Source of the DNA: Mesotaenium endlicherianum | Lineage: Eukaryota | Length of the DNA: 37,220 nucleotides | Reading direction: 5' to 3' | NCBI GenBank assembly: GCA_009602735.1 | Contig: WELA01001939.1 | Location: 306,106-343,325, forward strand | Part shown: positions 23,101 to 35,094 of the stretch, piece by piece | Layout: every line of letters starts with the position of its first letter | How positions within the stretch are numbered: the first letter of the stretch is position 1 | The notes under the pieces: model-generated | The model's input: the letters and a program-made list of their open reading frames with translations, nothing else | The model's database searches: none | Told to the model about the DNA's origin: nothing | Made by a program: the position numbers and the translations under genes

Positions 23101-26100
23101 CCCCACGGGGCCAAAAAAAAGCTCCTCACGAGTCTGGCTGATGCAATGGGCCCCACTGAGACCCAACCTGAGCACAAGCACAAGGCACCGGCAGGAGAGA
23201 GCAGGGGAGGCAGGACAGGGGGTGGGGAGGAGGAGTGGAGGAGGAAGGGGAGGAGACGACAGGGCTGGGCTGGGCAGGATAGCCAGGGAGGGGAGGCTTG
23301 GCGCGTGCCATGTGTATTGTACCTGCGCGATGCCGATGGAGAAGCCCTGCGCTGACAGCTCGTCAATCACTGCCCGCCTGGAGGGCACCTGGCAGGGCAC
23401 AGGCCAAAATACAAGAGAACAGACAAACCCGTCAGGGCTCCCATGAGGAGTGGGGCCACGTGTGCAGCAGCAGCTGCATGTCTATAAGCGACTAGGGACT
23501 CAGGCAAAGAGATGAGTTGCTAGATGACTGAAGTTCATCTTTTAGCGTCGGCAAAGGAAGGGCGTTGTAATACGTATACATACATAGATACAAGTAACCA
23601 ACATACATGTTCATGTACATAGATAGAAAGATGACATGATGGCATACATAGATAGATAGATTGATACAGAGATGCATATATATACACAGAGAGAGAGAGA
23701 GAGGGAGTGAAAAAATACCTCCTGGGGCATGCGACGGAGGGCTGCGATGAGCTCAGCCGGATGATCCTCCCCGTCGCCGCCGGCTCTCACCTTGTCGGGC
23801 GTAGAGTCCAGCACCCACACCCTGATGGGGCGGGCCAAGGGCTTGGCCGCTTGCTCCACCATGCTCATGGCCACTGCACATGCACAGGCGTGCACAGACA
23901 CAGCTATCCCTCTAAATCGATTGCGCGCGTGCAGATGGTGATGGCTTGGCTCTAGTATGTGTGCGGTTTTAGACCCCCCCTCCCTCCCCCCCACCCCCCC
24001 TGCATGCAAGGCTTGTGAGGGCAAAAAGCGTACGCTACTTTGTAGTACAAGAGAAACATGTACCCGGACTCGCCAGGCCGTGCGGCTATAGAAGAGGCAG
24101 CGGTGCATGGCTCATGCTTGCTGTTTACGGAGTGCTAGAAATCCATGGCCAGACCTCTTACCCTCCCCTCTCTCCCTCCCTCCCCTTCTCTCTCTCCCTC
24201 TCTCCATCTCCCCCTCCCGCTCCCTCACCCCTCTTGCACTCTCTGCGCCTCCCGCTCCCTCTCCTTCTCTTGCTCTCTCTCCACATTCCTCACTCCCTGT
24301 CCCTCCCTCCCTTCCTCCCCCTCTCTTGTTGGCAACACGCAGGAGAGAGCGCCCAAGGGGGGAAGGACAAGCGCAACCTCACAAGGAGAGGCTTTTCAGC
24401 AGGCGAGGCTTGGGCACAGGCGGGATTTGCACTTACTAGCAGAGGACTACTGGGACAGGGTCAGCAGCTGGCCAGCAAGGGCACGTGCCGTTTGAGCTAC
24501 GAGAGTGGAGCAAAAGCGAGTGCTTTTGCTTGTGTGCTCACCTTTGCCGCCAAAACTGTGTCCGATAAGAACTCTTGGCGTGATACGCAGTTGCCCCACC
24601 TGCAGTTGCCAAGGAAGGACAAGACAACAGCAATGAGACCAACGTGCCAAGGGCTCATCAGCAATTATTAATAGTTGATATATATATATATATTTATTTA
24701 TGCATGGATGCATGTGTGCATGTGTGCATGTGTGCTTGAACAACTGATTTGCATATCAAAAAATGCGTATACCCAATTGTATTTTTGTAGCACAGACGAT
24801 ACGCACACGTTCTCATATTTGGAGGTACGCATCTCCCTCTCGCCAAAAAGAGAACCCCTCGGGACCACACGCGGCCAACCTATGCACTGCGGCAAAGGGG
24901 CGACCTATCCAGAGCACACCAGTAGTGCACACGCGTGCGCCCAGCTATTAGCAGGGAAGTACGTAAGATGAGCCTTGGGGATTGGTCCTCACACCGTAGA
25001 GAAAACAGCGGGCACAATTAGCAACCACTGTTCTGAACAAGGTGAGACTCTCCCGAGTGTATGGCAGATCACTGACAGAACACCCAGGTGAACCAAAGAG
25101 TCCAACCAGCCTTTGCTGATCCGTGAGCTTACTGGTAATTGGCAAATGCAAGCGAGGACACGAGCGCGTGCGTGTGAGGCTGGACGGGCAGGGGCAGAAA
25201 GTTGACTGCAACACGATCAAGAGGAAAAGAAAGGAGCGAGGCGGCAGCCATGGCCATACCAGCTGCAGCACGTCGCGAGCGGCGGAGGCGACCGTGTGCG
25301 GGCCCCGCTTCCTGAGCGCCGCAGAGTCGCCATGGCAGCGCAGGTCCACCATCAGAAACTGCACACACCCACCCACACAGATATGCACTCGCACTCAGTT
25401 TAACGACAAGCTGGAGGAGACAGAGTGGGTACCCTGCGGCTGCTGCGCAGGTCAACAATCAGAGACTGCATGCACCCGCACACACACACCCACTCTCAGT
25501 TTAATGACAAGCTGGAGCAGACAGAGTAGGTTACCCGCGGCTGCGCAGGTCAACCATCAGAAACTGCACCTGCGCACGCACCCGCTCAATTACTGACGCG
25601 AAAGAGGGGGAGTGAGAGAGAGAGAGAGCTTGGGCGAGATGCGTGCGGTTCTAGAGATATGCTCATTGTTCTTCGTGGCAGCGCAGGTCGGCCGTCAGAA
25701 GTTGCAGCCCCCACCCACACGATCAATTTCACATGCAAACAGCTTCAGTACGCCAAAAAAAAAGGGGCACCTGTCACTCTGTGAGGCTGCAAAAATTGAA
25801 CGGGGAGACTGGGGAGGGGAGACGGGAGCCTGGAGGGGAGAGAGGGGAGGTGGGAGCAGTGGCAAGGCAAGACGATGTGAAGCGAGGCGAGGAGAGGGAA
25901 CGGGAGGGGAGAAGGTGAGAAGCAGAAATGAGAGGGGGGAGGAAAGGGGTGGGCGTGGGAGGGGAGAGAAAAGGGAAGGGGAAGGAAGGAGAGAGCAGGG
26001 AGGGGAGGGATACATAGTGGGAGGGGGGGAGAATGAGGAAGCTGGCACACCTGCCAGGTGGGGAACTCCTGTGCCAGGCGCTTGGCAAACGAGCCTGCCA

Positions 26101-28225
26101 GCCCACCCCAGCCCCATCCCACACCCACCAATACCAGTAAGCACTTGAGAGATGGCATGGCACCCAGCCCCTGAGAGACATCAATTTGATGCCTTCCTTG
26201 CAATAGAGGAGGAGGGCCAGACGGAGGGACGGGCGGGGAAGTGACAAAAGGACACGCCTTCACCATCTCTCTACAAGAGGAGAGCAGAGGGGAGGACAGC
26301 GTCATGCTGCCACAAGGATCGCCAGAACGTGCCGAGAACCACAGAACCTCTTGAAAGCTCTGCCAAGATCCTGGGGGGACAATTAAAGCACAACAAGGGA
26401 GCAGCGCGGTGCCCGGGGGGGGGGGGGGNNNNNNNNNNNNNNNNNNNNNNNNNNNNNNNGGGGGGGGGGGGGGCTTAGGCCTGCCAGCACAGCATGCTCC
26501 CCCCCCCGGGTCCTTTCTGTAACCTTGTGCCCTCCACTCGTTTTGGCAGCGACGAGGACAGAATATGCATGTGTGCCGCGTGGCAGAAGGGAAGGGGGAG
26601 AGGTGCTTGAGTGGGGGGGAGGAGGAGGGGCAGCACGCACCCCAGTTTCTGCCCCCCCCCAAGATGCCGTGGAGCAGGACAGCTGTCGGCGGGGCAGGCA
26701 GCGAGCGGTCCCGGGCCTCCGACCATCTCACCTGCACACCCCCCCAAGAGAAAGTATCCCAGCAACAAGCAGAGGAAATTTGTCTTGAACATAAGATTTG
26801 ACGCGTGAGAGGAGCAGCTTGGTGGACGCAAGGGACAGATTGCCCCACACATACGCCAGCAGCCATCCTGTAGGGCAGTCGCGGCCCCATCAATGCCAAA
26901 TTCAAATCGTCGATCGGAGGTCTTCCACAGCTTCTAATAAGTAGTGAAAAATATGTCATGCCATCTTCACACATCGATATTAGGTACACGCAAACAGTAC
27001 ACACATGTTTCCTTGGCATGGGGGTATTAGCCCATCTGCAAGAGGCGAGCCTGCGATGGCTCAGATTCGCAAAAGTACCACTGCCAACCACAGGCGGGCA
27101 TGCACGGACTGGAAAATGCCCCTCCCTTCTCTTCCTGCCCACTGCTGCACATCACACCACTTCCTCCTACTCACATTCATCACAAGGCTAGGCTCCCCCG
27201 TCAGCCCCGATCCTCCGGCCTGCCTCCTGCGGCATGTGGGACAATAACTGCATGTGGGAAAATAGACGGAAAAATAACGGCACACGACACGTCCCCTGTG
27301 CGATAGATCAGGACTCGCATGCCACCTTCCGCCCAGTCGGAATGGGCTGCATGTGTGTGCGCAGGTTTTTGAGGGTGAGGCGCGCAGACAGAGAGGCGTG
27401 AAGGGTGAAGCACGAAGGCGGAGTGAGCGCTGATTTTGCTGCAACTCTCACCAGTGCTCCTTGGACGAGCTCATACGCCTGCGCCGTCCGTCGAAAACCT
27501 CCACACTCGCCCGCACATCCGCCGCCCGCCGGCCCACCCATTGGCACACCCACGCACGCGCACACAGACGTCCATGATGAGTCCCAGCTTCGGATGTGCA
27601 GCTGTCAGCAGGCGAGATGCACTCGGGGGTGCAAGAAGGAGCACAATGTACCAGCTAGCCCAACTACGCGATACCTGGCTGCGGACGTGGTAGTTCGTTT
27701 AGTCTTACCTGCAAGCCCAGGGGACGCCACGCCAGCCCTGAGGCCTTTATGCATAACTGGACACAGAGGGGGGGGTTGGGGGTGGGGGGGAAGGGATGCT
27801 GAGATGGACAGGAGACTGACTAGTGCTTTTGGAGGGGAGGCGTGGGGCGGTGACGGGGAGGGATTGACGCCGGGCTCTGCTGCTGCAGGCTGCTGCCTGG
27901 GAGCTGTGGTGGTGGTGGCGGCGGTGGCGGTCCCAGCCCCTGCTGTTGCCGTCATTGTCATTGTCGTTGTCGTCGTCGCCATCGTCGCTGAAGGGGAGGG
28001 GCTCTCCCGGTCTGCCAGGGTGCTGCTGCTGCTGTTCTGCACTACAAGGCTTGCCGCCCGCTGCGTGCTTCTCCTGGTGCTCCTCCTCCTCCTACTGGCG
28101 CTGCTTGCATGCCCCCCCCCATGATGCTCGGGAGGCGCCACCAGCAGCGCCGCCGCTCCTCTTCGTCCAGAGACCGACGCCTGCCGCAGAAAACAGTGGT
28201 CACAGTGTCCCGCCATCACTTTCAT
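20109..28225 (-). CDS. Alpha/beta-fold hydrolase (plant ABHD11-like esterase/lipase) with a probable N-terminal organellar transit peptide, 11 exons, ~446 aa
   Basis: Phase-consistent minus-strand exons: 28225-27821, 27478-27452, 26731-26641, 26094-26051, 25358-25260, 24599-24542, 23873-23719, 23388-23323, 22164-22019, 21220-21049, 20186-20109 (1341 nt, all GT-AG). Motifs: AVLLHGILGGGRNW, VDLRCHGDS, nucleophile elbow GHSFGG, WVLDSTP, C-terminal LEDAGHWVHTDNP. From memory it closely resembles the conserved land-plant ABHD11-like family. Exon 1 is Ser/Thr/Ala/Arg-rich; its donor and the start codon (28225 or 28216) are less certain. Confidence 0.92.
25338..25706 (-). repeat. Degenerate ~100-bp tandem repeat carrying copies of the hydrolase exon-5 splice acceptor and first codons
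   Basis: The core gcgcaggtc(c/a)ac(c/a)atcaga(a/g)actgca occurs at 25338 (true exon), 25445 and 25543, with a more degenerate copy at 25681. The spacer cagtttaa(c/t)gacaagctggag(g/c)agacagagt occurs twice. Confidence 0.85.
26414..26473. other. Assembly gap (N 26429-26459) flanked by poly-G, inside hydrolase intron 3
   Basis: Read directly from the sequence. Confidence 0.95.
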
Positions 28226-28972
28226 GATTAGGCTTGATTGTGTTTAGAATACAGTACACAGGGAATAAAGCGAGAAAGAGAGTGAGGGGAGCTGAAGGAG
28301 TGGTGGTGAAGAGAAGAAATGAACCACAGAAAACTTCTCTCTTATTAGTAAACGAAAAGTCGGGAGATAAGAAGAGTGAAAATAAATGTACGGGTCTATG
28401 TAATTACATTAAAGAGGGGGCTGATGCCAAGTGGGGTAGTGAGAGAAAGGGAAGGGTAGACAGGGAAGGAGGGAGAGAGGGAGGGATCTCATGAAGTGGC
28501 CCTCCTTCAGCTGAGGGGGTTTCCTGCCATTAAGATACGCTTTTTTCACCGACTTATACTGTGTGTGTGTGTGTGTGTGTACATGCGAGTGTCTTTGTAG
28601 GCATCTATGGTAATAAAAAGCTGAAAAACCTTACCCTGGGACCCAGAACCTCCACCCACCAAAAGCACAGATTGTGCCACAAAGAAGGTCGTTAATTACT
28701 ATATGTATATTATTATAAAGGTTCTAGTAAATCATGGGTATTTATGCTCCTTCAACTTAGCGAACCGTGACCGCCAGAAGGCCGTCAATTAACCAAAAAA
28801 AGTAGGGCTACAACAAGAGCCGGCATCTGTAGAAAGCGTTTAGTGCAGCACCACTGTCGCCCACGCTAGTATGTACGTGTCTGGAGTGACCATCAGAAGA
28901 CACAACAAAAGCCCAGCAGTTACACTCACTGCACCTCCTTGAGCTGCCATTTGTACTCTTTGCAAACTCCTC

Positions 28973-28973
<1 letters not shown>

Positions 28974-29065
<92 letters not shown>

Positions 29066-29073
29066 NCCCCCCC
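28974..29073. repeat. ~100-nt poly-C homopolymer containing one N (length unreliable)
   Basis: Read directly from the sequence; the N is at 29066. Confidence 0.9.
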
Positions 29074-31076
29074 GGGCCCCCTTCCTTCTTTATGTTTGCA
29101 TAGTATTGCATGAAGCTATTCAGCTGCTTTTATGCTCTCTGGTTTGCTTGCTTTTCTTCTGGTTGGTCTCTTCTGCTTTGTTGGTTCAGTATTGTGTTCT
29201 GTCATTATATTTTTGCAAGGAATTGCATAAATCTGATCTAAACTATCTGGCCAGGGGCAGGATGTGGGGCGTGGACAAGCTGCACCTTTGACGATGTCAA
29301 GTCATCCCTCTGCTGCTGAAGCTGCAGCCGGTGACGATGCCTTTCTGTTGGGGTGCCAGCTGGCATCGGACAGCTGCTCCTAGTTGACAAGAGTCTCGTG
29401 TCCCAGACACCATCTATGATACCTGGTGACAGAGACAACCCAGGCCTTGCAGGATCAGTCAATGGCAAATTATGCACTGTCTGCTGATAAAGATGGGCAC
29501 ACGCTACAGCAGGATCAGCTTCACCCCTACATCCCTAGCCACTACACCCTTTCCTACTTAAATCACTGAATCATTCCTGTCAAGAAGGATGTAGAGTTGT
29601 GTAGGCGGTGGGAGAAGGGAAGAGGGGATTCAGAGTCTCTTTGGTGTTCTTTTAGTCATCACTTTCTCTGAGATGTTTTGTGATTGGTGGCTGCGCCCAC
29701 ATTGAGTCCAGTAAGCTCCAGCCCCTTGCACAGGTATAAGAAAAGCACCTGTCTGTATGGCCTTGAAGTCAAATAACCCAAATTTAAGTCAATATAGTCA
29801 AATGTTGAGGCTGTTCCCCCAACTCCCCAAGATCCTGACCAGCTTCATGCCATACTTCTATATGCGCAGTCAAAGTATCCCCAAGACAGGTAAAGGAGCT
29901 GCATGATCACGTGTTCATAATGCCACAGCAGCAGAGAAGAGAAGAAAGACCCTCTGTTTCTTGTTGCTCGACTGACGCAGAGTGCCAATTCTGCAGATTC
30001 TAGGCTGCCACTACTCCCAACATCAAGGAACCCACTCATCGGCCGTGTCAAAGTAGGCTCGATAGGTTGCATTCAGCAATTAGTTGACAATGATCCAAGC
30101 AGGTTGTAGTTTCTGCAGTCGAGCATTCACGTCATGATTTACGGGCTTTGCAAGGTAACGTAAGAATAGCAGTCCTATACCACAGTTTATTCACTTGATG
30201 CAGCTGAGAAAGATTCTAGAATATGATCTCCTATTTTATATTTCAACTGGTTGCTTTTCACGTACGCAGTATAATCTTGGACCCACCTTGCTGGCATGCA
30301 ACTGCACGAGATGACAACCCAATTGCAGCCATGCTTGCTCCAAAAGTTGCAAGTCCCTTGCTAAGGCCACGAGGATATTCGAGGAAAAATTATCAGTGGA
30401 AGATCTGCTGGCGGTTCAAAGACGTAAGAATGCAGACTATGATCTGATCAAAACTTCGATCAAGTTTCTTTATCATATAAATGACGTCTACTTTGAATGA
30501 GTGCTCACACTTTGCAATCCATACAATATATACCGATGAGCCTAGTGTCAATTATGTACAATGGAAAACATGTCAGGAAGACACTTCACAGGCTCTCATA
30601 AGCGTACAGTAGACTTACACCTCGTGACCGCTATTTGCTCCTAGGCATAGGGTGTGATCGGGTGCATCTTTCTAAAGTGTAATGCGAGCAGACTGGAGCA
30701 GACCAAGCAGGACAAAGCAGGACCTGCGGTCGTCGTTCATTGGGCCAGATCTAGTGGAGCACTTTTAGCTGTCTACTCGACTGGCAGGCTGCCTGACGTC
30801 ACTTCCCAACACGAGCTTTTGCCTCTTTACCGCACAATTCTTCCAATTGCTGCGAGCAGCTGCGAGCAAGGCTGCGAGTGTACTCTTACACGCTTCTCGC
30901 CGGATCTGACGCTTGCTTTCGTGTCCCTGGGGGCCGGGGCTGGAACCAGGTGGAACCAGCTCGAACAGGGCAGGGAGCCACCAGGGAGTATCAGAAGTGG
31001 CATGAAGTGCGCAGGGCGCCGAGATTTGAGGGTCCTAGGTTTTCACGTTGCGCACACATTCTGTGGACATTCAGCC

Positions 31077-31315
31077 CATGGGGTGGAAACTGGCCTTCAG
31101 TTTCCATATTTTTGAATTCAGGCCCCTAAAATCTTGAATCCTGTCACTGATTTTCCCAGGTTTGAATTCAGATCTCTAATGAGACATATTTACTTGATTA
31201 ATGGGCGCTAATTCACTGTTGAAATTTTGAGATTTTCATTTCAGGGCGCTATTTTAAATCTTTGAATTATGGGCGCTATTTCACCCAGATTTTCGAGGGG
31301 AGTTCCCACCCCATG
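31077..31315. mobile_element. Non-autonomous hAT-superfamily MITE (239 bp)
   Basis: Terminal inverted repeats CATGGGGTGGAAACT (31077-31091) and AGTTCCCACCCCATG (31301-31315) match at 14/15 positions. A perfect 8-bp target-site duplication ATTCAGCC lies at 31069-31076 and 31316-31323. The interior is AT-rich and non-coding, with repeated GGGCGCTA (x3) and TGAATTCAG (x2) motifs. An 8-bp TSD with a CA-starting TIR is typical of hAT elements. Confidence 0.88.
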
Positions 31316-31965
31316 ATTCAGCCAGTCTTTTGTCCATATTTTTCGATCTGCCTTTTTTTAAGGTGGCTCTGATACTCGTGGAATTTTCAAGTGAGACTTG
31401 TACTAATCCGTACTATTTTCAGCTTTGATCTTTCGCATTTTCGGATATATAACAAAACCTTTATGCGCGAGTTCATAACCTTCACTAAACTACTATCATA
31501 CGGAAAAGCTAGAGTGAGCTAGAGCCTACAATTTGAAAGTTACACGCGCGCATGACCGTCACGTGGTTTCATTAACGATATTGGAAGGGATTACTATGTG
31601 CTGCCGTCAGCTACCGTGTGCATCTGTACGTCTTCCCAAAGCTCGACGACCGGCCTGTAATCCCTGCAGGCGCCTTCACAGTGCACACACAGTAGCTCCT
31701 TCAGGCTCTTGCCTAGACATGCAGGCACCCCGGAAGCAATTCACCGCCGTTCTGGTAATCTAGAATACTACTACCTAGTGCTCCAATATCTCGTACTTTG
31801 AGCTGAGATCTTATGTCTGCGCCAGACTCAAATCAGTTTATAACGCGCCGTTTTTAGCTAATTGAGTTGCTGTTCCTTAAGGCAGTATAACAAAGAAATG
31901 GGCAATAGCGTGCGGGTGTAAATCTTGTAAGTAAGTATTGTTATCGCATACATTACCAGTGAAAC

Positions 31966-34900
31966 ATGGCGGGTGGAGGCAGTGTTCAGAAAAACAAGTC
32001 GCATAAGACTCGTTTCGCCTCCAAGAGCCAGAGGACAAAGCACCGTCTTGCGAAAGGTAGATCTATCAAGGAGCACAGACACGCCTAGTCTTGTGATTCA
32101 TTTCTCCCAAACACTGTAATCTAGTATGGCACTTGCTCGTGCTTCTGTATATATGCCAGGATAAAAAGGACGAAGTTGAACGAAGTTGAACAGAGTATGC
32201 TTTGACCATATGGCGGGGACATAGGAATCACCAGCGTGTAAGTAGTGCACGACTTTCTTGAGGGTGTCGTTTTCCTGAGGTGATGATGGGGCAGGATACC
32301 GTATATTGTATTTGCAACACTTGCGACGATACGCTTTCCCCTCTTTCAGGCTTCTCTGGGACTGGATGTCTCCCTTTTCACGCGCGGTTATGTCGCTTTG
32401 GTCCATGTTTGAACATATTGAGAAGTGCATAAGCGCCGGGCTTGAAGCACGAACAGGGGTGCAGATTAAGCCCACCTGTCAATCCCGTCGCGTGTGCACG
32501 CGCCCTGGCATAAGACCTTTTGGTTGGGCATGATAATAAGTGTAGGACAGCTTAAGTGAGAAGGTGCTGCGTTAGTAATCTCTGGTCCTTTGTCCCTAGA
32601 ATCAGAGGGGGGACTTCCTCTCGGCGTGCGATGAGTTGGAGCTGACTCCGGGTGCGAAGCCCGTGCATCGGACCGTCGTGTTTGCTCGAGCGTGCAGAGA
32701 CTGTGACAGCGCCAAGTGGCAGGGCGCAGAAGCATGCAGGGGTGCACGTCACGGCGCGCGCTCAGCGGCTCAACAGCGCCAAAGTGGTGAGGGACCCCTT
32801 CACGCCTGCGTGCCCTCAGCTTGCTCTGTCCTCACATGAGCTCTGCTTAAGGAGAGAAGCAGCATTGCTTCACGCCTGCCTGACAGCTGGCTGACGCATC
32901 ACACACGCACACCCTGCCATCAAAGGCAGGAACTAGCTAGCACAACCCCCTCCCCCTTCCCTTCCCCTTCTTACCCCCTCCGCCTGCCTCCGTTTTCCCA
33001 ACCTCCCTCCCCCCCTCGCCCCTGGCCTCATCCCCCCCCTGTACAGGAGTATGTTAGTCCGGTGCATACAAGTACACCCTTCCCCAGATATAGCTTGCGT
33101 AGCGTTCTGGCAGTGCCCCTCGGGACTGCAGCGGTGCTCTCTGTGCTGGCCCCCACCTGGCAAGGCACCTGGCAGGGCAGGCAGGAGTCACGTGCTCTAT
33201 ATTCTCCTTTGGGGAGGGGGGTGAGGGGGGGGGGGAGGGGGTGGCGGATGAAGGGGGAACCAGCTGCCAGCCTGTCACCTGTCACTGGCCATCCCGCGTG
33301 TGCCTGAGCCTAGGAAGCGTCCTCGACCTACAAATAGTGACAAGCAGCGTTCGTGACCTTCTAATTCTAATTAATGACAAGCAGCGTCTCTGACCTCCAT
33401 ATAGTGACACAAGACTTGCAAGCAACTTCGGCCTCTGCTCGCTCTCCTAGTTGGAAATGGGCCGTGATCTCCTAATTCATGACAAGCGGGGTCCCTGACC
33501 TCCCAATAGTGACACACGGCCTGCAAGCAATTTCAGCCGCGGCACGCTTCCTAGTGTGGAACGGGCCCCTTGCCTTGCCGAGCAGGGCTAGTCCGCTCTT
33601 GCATACCCCGCGCCCTGTCTCCTCGTCTCGGCGTTGAGAGCGTGCGTGGAGTTGACAGCTGGCGGCAGGCACAGGCTCCGGTTGTCTGAACAGATGCCAG
33701 CTGGCCAGAAACATGTGGCAGAGATGAAGAGGCGAGGGTGATGTGTCAGCTGAGATGCAAACAGCAGGAGAACGCAATCCCCAGGCTGTTGACTGAGTGT
33801 GGGCGTCAGCCTCGGTTGGCTCAAAGAGAGAGAGAGAGAAAGTGAGAGTGAGGGAGAGGCTTAAAGAAGGGGGGGAGGGGATGAAAGTGCTCAAGGCCTG
33901 CCTGCCTGCTTCCTTATGTGCTGGCCTATAAGCTGGTGCCTGCCTGGCCCTATGTGGTGCCTGGAGAGTGGCCACATGGCACATGCCCGGAGAGTGGCCA
34001 GGGGGCTCGACTCGGACAAAGAAAGCACACGCCCCGGCCAGACTGCTCTTCAGTGTCTTTTAAAGGTCTTGGGGTGGGTGGGTAGTTGAGGGGGCGAAGA
34101 GGGAAGGGAGGTCCGAGGGAGAGAAAGGAGGGATTGGAAGCGGGAAGGGAAGGAGGGCAGGAGGAAGGGAGGGAGGGAGGGGGGAAGGAAAAGTCCGTGT
34201 TTTTGGATAAATATTGGATAAGTCTGAAAGACAGTGAGAGGGGGTCGGGGGGGCTGCTCTGTCGTAACGGGAGCACTCAGAATGTGCCAGGTGTCTCTTG
34301 GCAATGCAACAAGCTGGTCGGGGACCTGGAACTTGCTGCGGTTGACATGGGGGGAGGAGCAGCGTTTTTGGCCTAGCCAAGAATCTGTTATCCTGTTTGC
34401 TGAAAGCCACGCACACGCGCGCACAAATGAACTCCCTCCCTCTCTCTCTCTCTCTGTCCCTCTTTCTCTCTCTCACGCGCCCACACACAGTCCCACACAC
34501 GCACGTATGTGAGCGCGGGCAGACTTGTACACAAGCGCACACGCACACATACACACAGGCACGCACACGCACACGCACACATGCACATGCGCACAAGCAT
34601 GCACACTCGCACAAACATATACGCACACACGTGCACACTGACACATAGAGAAGCAGTCGTGGGCAGTGGATGTACGAAGAGATAGCACAGACATATGAAG
34701 CGAGAGGACGAGTGGCGCTGCCTATGAGCTTGCGGGGTGCGGGACAGTCCAGACTAGATGAGCTGTGAGTTTTGAGTGCGTGGTCATTGCACAGCCGCTC
34801 TCCTGCTCTCTCTCGTACTCACAGGTCTCCTCCTTGGGGTGTACACTCCAGGGGGGCTTCAAAGAGTTCAGAATTTGTCCTAGTGCCGGTGAGGGAGGGG

Positions 34901-35063
34901 ACGCGCATCCACGGGGGGTGGCACCGAGATGTTGAAAACGGGAAATGCGGAACGCACTGGTGAGGTGGGAAGAAGTGAGGAGAATGAAGAGGAAGAGAGA
35001 GGAGCAAGAGCTTGAGCAATATAGGATCTTGAGGACAAGGGAGGAGGACGAGGGTACGAGGTG

Positions 35064-35094
<31 letters not shown>

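Noticed and set aside
25745..27142. 465-aa minus-strand ORF
   Set aside because: It is read-through of introns and a gap linking two real hydrolase exons; the rest is low-complexity intron.
28974..29073. Poly-C/poly-G tract as a G-quadruplex element or poly-Gly ORF
   Set aside because: It contains an N, and long homopolymers at contig joins are often sequencing or gap-filling artefacts.
29100..31000. Possible extra gene between the hydrolase and TSR1
   Set aside because: There are scattered splice-like sites and short ORFs, but no consistent frame or recognisable protein; a non-coding transcript cannot be excluded.
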